Of a DNA stretch of 64,000 bases, positions 28,172 to 35,475 are shown in pieces (position 1 is the stretch's first letter; every line of letters begins with the position of its first letter). A program made the position numbers and the translations under genes. The notes under the pieces are model-generated. The model was not told the origin of the DNA, ran no database searches, and saw nothing but the letters and a program-made list of their open reading frames with translations. The DNA is from Clostridia bacterium. Its GTDB lineage: Bacteria; Bacillota; Clostridia; Christensenellales; UBA1242. The DNA is taken from positions 25,728 to 89,727 of the forward strand of contig JAQVWL010000001.1 in the NCBI GenBank assembly GCA_028709705.1, in the 5' to 3' direction.

Positions 28172-28390
28172 GATTTTAGTTTAATATATACCTTTCCAAT
28201 AAGTCTCTATTATCTTAGATTTTGGTCAAATTTCCCAAGCAAAACAAGGTGGCGTACCAAATTGATGATTATTCAACTTATGGGAGTGTTTGCCAAAAGC
28301 AAACGGTTGCTCACGCAGTCAAAAATTTTAAGTTTTTAAAATTTACTTTCAATAAGTTATATAATTAAACAAATATTCAGGGAGGGTATA

Positions 28391-28561
28391 ATGGAAGATA
28401 AAAAAATTATTTGTGCTAATTGTGGAAAAGAATTTATTTGGACAAAAGAAGAACAACAATTTTATATTGACAAAGGTTTCACAAACGAACCTAAAAGATG
28501 TAAAGAATGTAACAGAATTAGAAAACAAGAAAGAAATAATTTTAACAAAAGACCTTATTAA
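28391..28561 (+). CDS. Small zinc-ribbon protein (56 aa, CxxC...CxxC, zf-trcl-like)
   Basis: MEDKKIICANCGKEFIWTKEEQQFYIDKGFTNEPKRCKECNRIRKQERNNFNKRPY. GGAGGG RBS. Too short for the ORF track; the overlapping track ORF 28413..28610 in another frame is rejected. Confidence 0.75.
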   Translation: MEDKKIICANCGKEFIWTKEEQQFYIDKGFTNEPKRCKECNRIRKQERNNFNKRPY

Positions 28562-28584
28562 TTTTAAACCTATAATGGTTTTAC

Positions 28585-28618
28585 AAAAAACTCACTCCAA
28601 ATGGGCGTGAGTTTTTTT
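28585..28618. terminator. Bidirectional terminator
   Basis: ACTCAC/GTGAGT stem flanked by an A6 run and a T7 run. Ends the zinc-ribbon gene (+) and the tRNA transcription unit (-). Confidence 0.7.
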
Positions 28619-28660
28619 GTTTATTTTTTAAAATTTTTTTGTTACCAAAAAAATCAATAA

Positions 28661-28712
28661 ATGGCGTTCGCAAGGTTTCGCTTTCCGCTCGCCTTGCTCG
28701 GCATCACGGTGG
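28661..28712. repeat. 52-bp direct repeat, copy 1
   Basis: ATGGCGTTCGCAAGGTTTCGCTTTCCGCTCGCCTTGCTCGGCATCACGGTGG, identical to 28975-29026. Confidence 0.95.
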
Positions 28713-28808
28713 CACCCTGATTGCAAAGTTTTACTTTGCCAATGCTTTTCAAGCATTGAAAGGTGGGGGCAAAATAAAAAAATACAACCCCGTTCGGTTA
28801 TATTTCAC

Positions 28809-28885
28809 TGGTTGGAATGAGTGGACTCGAACCACCGACCCCCACCTTATCAGGGTGGTGCTCTAACCTGCTGAGCTACATTCCA
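28809..28885 (-). tRNA. tRNA-Ile (anticodon GAU), CCA encoded
   Basis: The minus strand folds by hand into a cloverleaf: acceptor TGGAATG/CATTCCA, D arm GCTC..GAGC, anticodon arm CCACC-CTGATAA-GGTGG, T arm GGTGG-TTCGAGT-CCACT, then ACCA. Confidence 0.93.
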
Positions 28886-28932
28886 ATATAAAATTTGGTT
28901 TTAACGACTTTTTCTTTGTCGGTGTTGGTCGG

Positions 28933-29053
28933 TGCCCCCACCTTATATTCGCCAAGTGGAAGTTGTGCGTGCGAATGGCGTTCGCAAGGTTTCGCTTTCC
29001 GCTCGCCTTGCTCGGCATCACGGTGGTGCTCTAACCTGCTGAGCTACATTCAA
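28933..29053 (-). pseudogene. tRNA-Ile-derived fragment interrupted in the anticodon loop (no T arm or 3' acceptor)
   Basis: 30 nt (29022-29051) are identical to the tRNA-Ile 5' half. The anticodon GAT is retained. An unrelated 70-72 nt follows (28945-29016), then ATAAGGTGGGGG resumes, and after that there is no T arm. Confidence 0.6.
28975..29026. repeat. 52-bp direct repeat, copy 2
   Basis: Identical to 28661-28712. Its last 10 nt are the complement of the tRNA anticodon stem/loop (CCACCGTGAT). Confidence 0.95.
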
Positions 29054-29084
29054 GTATTTATGCGGGTTTCAGCGTGTCCCGCTA

Positions 29085-29161
29085 TGGTGGAGATAGACGG
29101 ATTCGAACCGTCGACCCCCTGCTTGCAAGGCAGGTGCTCTAGCCAACTGAGCCATACCCCC
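29085..29161 (-). tRNA. tRNA-Ala (anticodon UGC), CCA encoded
   Basis: Hand-folded cloverleaf: acceptor GGGGGTA/TATCTCC with the G3:U70 identity pair, anticodon arm CCTGC-CTTGCAA-GCAGG, T arm GACGG-TTCGAAT-CCGTC, then ACCA. Confidence 0.93.
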
Positions 29162-29173
29162 ATATACTTGACT

Positions 29174-29203
29174 AATATATCACAAGCAAAAGGCGGTTGT
29201 CAA
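29174..29203 (-). promoter_or_regulatory. Sigma-A-type promoter of the tRNA unit
   Basis: Minus-strand reading is TTGACA (29203-29198), an 18-nt spacer, then TATATT with an upstream TG. It ends about 12 nt before tRNA-Ala. Confidence 0.6.
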
Positions 29204-29396
29204 GTATAAGAACCAATTTTTTTACAAAATTTTCAATATATTTCAACATTATTATTTAAAATAAAAATTATTTGGATTTTATTTTTTTTATATAAAATAT
29301 TTTTTAGATATTTTCAAAAAAGCAGTTTTTTTGTTTGCAAATAAACATAGTATATATTAGAATATTAACATAAACTAAAAACAAAAGGGGAACTGA

Positions 29397-32300
29397 ATGA
29401 AAAGAAAAGCAATGTTTTTGATTTTTATTTTTTTGTGTGCAGTTGTTTTTTTTCAATCAGTTAGCCCAAACGCCCAAATTGCTGAAAACTTTGCACAAGC
29501 AGAATTTGTGCCACAAGTTTCAGAAACTAATTTAATTACAAAACCCTCAACACCCGATGTTGTTGGTGCGACAACTGACCCTTATTACAAATTGGCAGAT
29601 GAATATTTGGTGATTGCTGACAATCAAACAAGTGTTGGCTTGTGTTGGAGTTTTGCAATAACAAAACAAATAGAAACTTATCTTGCTGTAAATTTTGGCG
29701 AATATTACAATTTTTCAGAGGCTTGGGTTTCGCTTGCCTACCGATATTATATTGCTCATAATACCCTTGGTGCCAATGATATTGCAAATTATAAAATTGG
29801 CGATGGCGGACATTATATCACCTACAAAAATGCTGTAAACACTTACGGAATTATGCTTGAAAACGATTTCCCTTATGAAAATATTTATAACATTGGCGAA
29901 GATAACTATGAGGAATATTTTAACGCATACAAAGACCTTGCAAGCAAAGATTTGATTGCCGACCTTAAATTTGGATATTTTGGCGATTATAACACAAAAA
30001 CACCCACAAACAAGCAAGATATAATGCAGTATATGAAAGAATATATTCAAAACGATGGTGGAATTTATTGTGCGATAGACTCTGACAGATTTACAACAAA
30101 TGAAGATGGTTCAGAATTTTGTTTGTCTGTAACTTCAAATCACTTATCAGGTTCCACAAATCACGCAATGACAATTGTTGGGTGGGACGATACCTATACT
30201 TGCACTGTTGGGGACACAACTTACACAGGTGCGTGGATAACACTAAACAGTTATGGTGCAGATAGAAAGTATGTTTATGTTATGTATGATGATGCAAATG
30301 TGTCATACACCTATGTTGTTATAGGTGATGAAGATGGTGGAAGTGCCTTAACCTATAATGGCATAGAAGTTGATATGGATAATCCCGAAAACTATTCAGG
30401 ACTTTTGCTTTCTGACTCAAATTCCAATTACACAAATTTGGAAATTGCAGACACTTCTTTGGAAATTGCAGACACTTCAAAACTTCAAAAAAATTTGTTT
30501 GAATACAACACTGAATTTGTTCCAAGTTTGACTTACACTTTTTCAAGTACTTATGCAAACTCAAGTTTTGATTTTGAAATTTGGCTTGATAATGTAAACA
30601 AGACCGACCAATTTACTTTGACAAAAAACAACACTCAAATAACACTTGATGCAAACTCACCGCTTGGTGCGGGATATTATAAAATAAAAATAAAAGTTGA
30701 CACAGATAGTAATGGAACAATTGATGAAACTCATATAAAATCTTTTGCGATTTTTTCTGGCGCAGAGATTGAATATGTTATTTCTTATGTATATAACTCT
30801 GACAAAGAACTTATGTATCAAAATCAAAATTCTCTTTTAAGAGATGGTACTACATATTATGGGTTTACAAATGGCACTGCATTAGTTTTAGGATTGTATT
30901 TTGCAGAGTATAGCAAAATAAAAAGTTACATTCTTTCAGGCTTGACTGTTAATAACACATCATCAACCTTTACACCGGCAACTTTTTCAAATTATGCAAG
31001 TGGGTATTTATGGTTCCAATTTTCTTTTTTAAACCAAGTTACAATACATAATTCAACTTTAAAATTTACAACAACTGATGGTTATGAGTTTTCTTACCAA
31101 ATAAAAATTTTTAGGTATGACAATGTAAATACAAATTACATAACAAAACTAAATTATTTTTTAGACGGCGGAATTAATGACCCAAGCAACACAAATGCCA
31201 TTATTTTAAGCACCAATCCTTCAAATTTATTTTATAAACAATATATTAATGCACCAACAAAAGAACATTACACCTTTTTGGGTTGGTATCAAGAAAGCGA
31301 TTTTGTCAACAAAATTCCAAACGATGCAAATGGTTATTACCTATCTTTTAGTGCTGTTCAGAACAACATAAGTGGTACAAATTATCTGTATAGTCATTCT
31401 CAAACTTTTTATGCAACCAACGGCATTAACTATAAAATACTTTATGCAAAATGGGAAATAACGAATTATAGCATAACTTACAATCTTGATGGTGGTGACA
31501 ATAATATTGCAAACCCAAGTTCATATAATTTTGAAACTGAAACATTTGCATTGCTTGCACCAACAAAAACGGGTTTTACATTTTTGGGGTGGAGCGGAAC
31601 GGGAATATCTGGAACATCAAATTTGGTTACAATAACGCAAGGGTCAACGGGCGATAAATCTTACACTGCAAATTGGCAAGAAAATACTTACACAATTGCA
31701 TACAACAATAATGGCGGAAGTGGCACCATTTCAAATTCGGCGGTTAGTTATTCGGGAGATTTCACAACAGCGGGAACTGGAAGCGATATTGAAAGCGGTG
31801 ATGAACATATTGTTTTGGTGGGCTGGAAAGTCAATGCCACTGATAATGTGTTGGAACTTGAAAAGCCATATGCAGTTTCACTCTTATGTGAATATGCTGA
31901 TGTGGTGGAAAGTTCGGGCGAAACAATAACGCTTTATGCGGTTTGGGAACAAATTGCTTATTCTATATCTTATGAGTTAAACAGCGGAACAAACTCTGCC
32001 CAAAACCCAAGTTCGTACACTTATGAAACAGATACTTTTACCTTGCAAGAACCAACAAAAACGGGTTATACTTTTGATGGTTGGACGGGTTCAAATGGAA
32101 TAACTCCGCAAAAATCTGTAACAATAAATACTGGGTCAACCGGCGATAAAACTTACACTGCAAATTGGCAAGAAAATACTTACACTATTGTTTATAACGA
32201 AAACGGTGGAACGGGAAGTGTTTCAAGTTTGGAAGGCATTAGTTACACAGGCAGTTTTACAACTGCGGGATTAAGTGCGGGCATTTTACATACTGACCTA

Positions 32301-33611
32301 AGCAAAGATTTAACGGGCTGGAAAGTTGGCAATGCAGAAACGGGTTATTTTTTAAACCTTAACCAAGAATATTCGGTTGCGTTTTTATGTGAAAAAGCGG
32401 GTGCCATCAACACAGACAATGCAAGAATAACGCTTTATGCAAGTTGGGTTGTTATAACTTACACAATCAATTTTTTTGACCTTGACGGAACAACAATTTT
32501 TAGAACCGAAGCGAAAGAAGGTGGCACAACTTTTGATTTTGGCGATTATACGGAAACAAAACAAGCAACCGCAGAATTTACTTACGCTTTTGTTGGGTGG
32601 TATGATAATATTGATTACACGGGCGACCCAATAACCGAAGTTTATGTTGGCTCAAACATTGATATTTTTGCAAAATTTAATGCCACAACAAATCAATACA
32701 CAATTTCGTTTTATAATGAAGAAAATGTGTTGCTTAAAAGTACAAGTTTTGACTATGACACTTTTTTAACATTTTTTACAATGTCTGGCGAAAATAAAAC
32801 TTATAACCAAGATTTTGTTGTGATAAAACCTAACACAACTGTGCAAAATTTCACTTTTGCGGGCTGGTTTAACACCAATAATTATACAACCGAACTGCAA
32901 AATTTAACAGTAACGGAAAACAAAAGTATTTATGCAAAATATTTGATAGAAAATCAACAATTTGTGATAAATGTTTATAATGCAAATGGGCTTATAAGTC
33001 AAACAATAAATTATACTTTTGGCGATACTGCTTACGATTTGTCAAGTTTAACTGTTCAAAAGCCAAGCACAGCACAATATTCTTACACATTTGAAGGCTG
33101 GTACGACAATCCCGATTTTAGCGGAGAGCCAATAACAAGTATTTTGATAACCGAAGATTATTCGCTTGAAAACATTTACCCTTTGCTGACAGAAAATTTA
33201 AGAAGATATAATGTATATTTATATCAAGACAACAGTTATGAAACAATTTATAGCACGCTTACTTATGATTATGGTCAAACCATCAATTTGAGCAACATTA
33301 CAATAACAAAACAAAGCGATGAATATTTTTACACATTTTTGGGTTGGTATAACACAAATGGTGTGTTGCAAACTTCAAGCATTACGATAACCGAAAATCT
33401 TTCTTTTTATGCCGAATTTAACGCAACAAAAATATTTGTTCAACTCAGTGCCGAAACAATTCAAATTTTGGAAATTGTTGGACTAAGTATTTTGGGAGTT
33501 ATAATTTTGGCAAGCATAATAAAAATTGCAAAAGTCAAAAAAATAAACCGCTTCAACAAAGAACGAGCAAGTAGAAATATTCAGTCAATAAAAGAACAAA
33601 AAAGAAAATAA
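29397..33611 (+). CDS. Large surface-anchored protein: signal peptide, papain-like C1 peptidase domain, many Listeria-Bacteroides-type repeats, C-terminal TM anchor
   Basis: C1 motifs QTSVGLCWSFA, NHAMTIVGWDD and WITLNSYG. Recurring Y(T/A)FxGW(Y/T/S) repeat cores. C-terminal ILEIVGLSILGVIILASIIKIAKVKK. Confidence 0.85.
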   Translation: MKRKAMFLIFIFLCAVVFFQSVSPNAQIAENFAQAEFVPQVSETNLITKPSTPDVVGATTDPYYKLADEYLVIADNQTSVGLCWSFAITKQIETYLAVNFGEYYNFSEAWVSLAYRYYIAHNTLGANDIANYKIGDGGHYITYKNAVNTYGIMLENDFPYENIYNIGEDNYEEYFNAYKDLASKDLIADLKFGYFGDYNTKTPTNKQDIMQYMKEYIQNDGGIYCAIDSDRFTTNEDGSEFCLSVTSNHLSGSTNHAMTIVGWDDTYTCTVGDTTYTGAWITLNSYGADRKYVYVMYDDANVSYTYVVIGDEDGGSALTYNGIEVDMDNPENYSGLLLSDSNSNYTNLEIADTSLEIADTSKLQKNLFEYNTEFVPSLTYTFSSTYANSSFDFEIWLDNVNKTDQFTLTKNNTQITLDANSPLGAGYYKIKIKVDTDSNGTIDETHIKSFAIFSGAEIEYVISYVYNSDKELMYQNQNSLLRDGTTYYGFTNGTALVLGLYFAEYSKIKSYILSGLTVNNTSSTFTPATFSNYASGYLWFQFSFLNQVTIHNSTLKFTTTDGYEFSYQIKIFRYDNVNTNYITKLNYFLDGGINDPSNTNAIILSTNPSNLFYKQYINAPTKEHYTFLGWYQESDFVNKIPNDANGYYLSFSAVQNNISGTNYLYSHSQTFYATNGINYKILYAKWEITNYSITYNLDGGDNNIANPSSYNFETETFALLAPTKTGFTFLGWSGTGISGTSNLVTITQGSTGDKSYTANWQENTYTIAYNNNGGSGTISNSAVSYSGDFTTAGTGSDIESGDEHIVLVGWKVNATDNVLELEKPYAVSLLCEYADVVESSGETITLYAVWEQIAYSISYELNSGTNSAQNPSSYTYETDTFTLQEPTKTGYTFDGWTGSNGITPQKSVTINTGSTGDKTYTANWQENTYTIVYNENGGTGSVSSLEGISYTGSFTTAGLSAGILHTDLSKDLTGWKVGNAETGYFLNLNQEYSVAFLCEKAGAINTDNARITLYASWVVITYTINFFDLDGTTIFRTEAKEGGTTFDFGDYTETKQATAEFTYAFVGWYDNIDYTGDPITEVYVGSNIDIFAKFNATTNQYTISFYNEENVLLKSTSFDYDTFLTFFTMSGENKTYNQDFVVIKPNTTVQNFTFAGWFNTNNYTTELQNLTVTENKSIYAKYLIENQQFVINVYNANGLISQTINYTFGDTAYDLSSLTVQKPSTAQYSYTFEGWYDNPDFSGEPITSILITEDYSLENIYPLLTENLRRYNVYLYQDNSYETIYSTLTYDYGQTINLSNITITKQSDEYFYTFLGWYNTNGVLQTSSITITENLSFYAEFNATKIFVQLSAETIQILEIVGLSILGVIILASIIKIAKVKKINRFNKERASRNIQSIKEQKRK

Positions 33612-33651
33612 ATTTGTTTTCTTTTTTTGATTTTCTGTTTTTTTATTTTAT

Positions 33652-33680
33652 TTGACAAATTTGTATTTGCAATATATAAT
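33652..33680 (+). promoter_or_regulatory. Promoter placing the TSS 2-3 nt from the alaS ATG (leaderless-like)
   Basis: TTGACA (33652-57), a 17-nt spacer, then TATAAT (33675-80). ATG at 33690 with no SD. Confidence 0.5.
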
Positions 33681-33689
33681 AAAAGTATT

Positions 33690-35474
33690 ATGAAATATAC
33701 AATAAAACAAGTAAAAAAAGAGTTTTTAAACTTCTTTGAAAAAAATGGTCACACGATCATAAAAAACAGTTCTATCATACCTGAAAATGATGACAGTCTT
33801 TTGTTTATCAACGCTGGTATGGCACCAATCAAAAATGTTTTTACAGGGCAGGAACAACCCGACTCAAAAAGAATGTGCAATTTGCAAATTTGCATTCGCA
33901 CAAACGATATTGATAGCATTGGCGACAGGCACCACTTGTCTAGTTTTTGTATGCTTGGAAGTTGGAGTGTTGGCGATTATTTTAAAAAAGAAGCAGTTGC
34001 TTTTGCTTATGACTTGTTAGTAAATCACTTAAAAATACCAAAAGAAAAGTTGTATGCAACTGTTTTTGGTGGCGACAAAACTCGCGGTTTGCCGGCAGAT
34101 ACTGACAGCGGAAATTTTTGGCAAGATATGGGCATTGCAAAAAATCACATATTAAATTGCAGTTTTGAAGACAATTTTTGGCGAATGGGCGATGGCGAAA
34201 GTCCTTGCGGACCTTGCACCGAAGTTTTTTATGATACAGGCGACAAGCACGGAAAATCTTATGAAGAAACAGGATATTTTGATGACAAAAAAAGATATAT
34301 AGAAATTTGGAATGCTGGTGTTTTTATGCAATATTTGCAAACTGAAAAAGGCACTTATGAAAAATTACCTTTTAACAGCGTTGACACCGGTTCGGGCATT
34401 GAAAGGCTTGTTATGACTCTTAATGGTTATGAAAGCGTTTATCAAACAGAAGTATATGCACCAATCATAAATCATATTTTGGCAAATTCTGACAAAGCAA
34501 AAGATGAAAGCGTAAGAATTATTAGTGACCACATAAAAACAAGCGTGCTTATTTTGAACGCGGGCATTGAACCAAGCAATGTGAAACGGGGCTATGTTTT
34601 AAGGCGACTTTTGAGAAGGGCAATGCGACATTTGCGAAACATAAACGCAAAAGAAGGTTTGCTTGAAGAGTTGGTTGCAAAAACAATAGACAACTTGATT
34701 GAATGTGATATTGCACCAGAATGGAATTATTCAAAAGACCAAATTGTTGAAAAAGTAAAATTGGAGCAAGAAAAATTTTCTAAACTTTTGGAAAACGGTC
34801 TAAAAGTTTTTGAAGAATTTGTTTCAAACAAAAATAATATAACTGACGGAAAACTTAACTCAAATTTGGTTTTCAAATTGTATGACACTTTTGGTTTTCC
34901 TTTTGAAATTACAAAAGAACTTGCAAACGAGCATAATTTAAGTGTTTCAGAAAAAGAATTTGAAGAACTTTTTGCCGAACACAAAGAAAACAGCAAAGGT
35001 GATGTAGGAAAAGTTTTTAAAAGCGGTCTTGCAGATATTAATGACAACACAATTAAATTGCACACTGCAACTCACTTGTTGCACGCGGGCTTGAAAAAGT
35101 TTTTGGGTCAAAATGTTAATCAAAAAGGTAGCAACATAACACCAGAAAGATTAAGATTTGACTTTAATTTTGAAAGAAAAATGACAGCGGAAGAAGTGCA
35201 AGCGGTTGAAGATTTTGTCAATAACATAATAAATCAAAAAATTGAAATATGTAGAGAAGAAATGCCTTACGATTTGGCAAAAGAAAGCGGAGCAGTTGGT
35301 TTGTTTTCTAGCAAGTATGGCGAAAATGTTTCAGTTTATACCATAGGAAGTTTTAGCAAAGAAATATGTAGCGGTCCGCACGCAAAAAACACAAAAGACC
35401 TTGGGCGTTTTAAAATAACAAAAGAAGAAAGCAGTTCTGCTGGTATTCGCAGAATAAAAGCAGTTTTGCAATAA
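33690..35474 (+). CDS. alaS: Alanine--tRNA ligase, short form (595 aa; ends after the editing domain)
   Basis: MKYTIKQVKKEFLNFFEKNGHT, FINAGMAPIK and RHH..MLGSWSVGDYFK. Editing motifs HTATHLLH and CSGPH. No C-Ala domain. Confidence 0.85.
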   Translation: MKYTIKQVKKEFLNFFEKNGHTIIKNSSIIPENDDSLLFINAGMAPIKNVFTGQEQPDSKRMCNLQICIRTNDIDSIGDRHHLSSFCMLGSWSVGDYFKKEAVAFAYDLLVNHLKIPKEKLYATVFGGDKTRGLPADTDSGNFWQDMGIAKNHILNCSFEDNFWRMGDGESPCGPCTEVFYDTGDKHGKSYEETGYFDDKKRYIEIWNAGVFMQYLQTEKGTYEKLPFNSVDTGSGIERLVMTLNGYESVYQTEVYAPIINHILANSDKAKDESVRIISDHIKTSVLILNAGIEPSNVKRGYVLRRLLRRAMRHLRNINAKEGLLEELVAKTIDNLIECDIAPEWNYSKDQIVEKVKLEQEKFSKLLENGLKVFEEFVSNKNNITDGKLNSNLVFKLYDTFGFPFEITKELANEHNLSVSEKEFEELFAEHKENSKGDVGKVFKSGLADINDNTIKLHTATHLLHAGLKKFLGQNVNQKGSNITPERLRFDFNFERKMTAEEVQAVEDFVNNIINQKIEICREEMPYDLAKESGAVGLFSSKYGENVSVYTIGSFSKEICSGPHAKNTKDLGRFKITKEESSSAGIRRIKAVLQ

Positions 35475-35475
35475 A

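Noticed and set aside
28700-28722. T-box-like string (minus strand AGGGTGCCACCGTG versus T-box AGGGTGGTACCGCG)
   Set aside because: The resemblance comes from the tRNA-derived palindrome. There is no stem I/specifier loop, no terminator/antiterminator pair and no downstream aminoacyl-tRNA synthetase or amino-acid gene on that strand.
28945-29016. Possible intron in a tRNA-Ile gene
   Set aside because: The insert is only about 70 nt, far shorter than bacterial group I tRNA introns. I see no P-helix/G-binding-site features. The host copy lacks a T arm and a 3' acceptor, so splicing could not restore a tRNA.
28639-29209. Track ORFs 28639..28866 and 28895..29209 (+), 75 and 104 aa
   Set aside because: They run antisense through tRNA-Ile, tRNA-Ala and the tRNA-derived fragments. 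They start at TTG without an RBS. They stay open only because this stretch is GC-rich. They are not coding.
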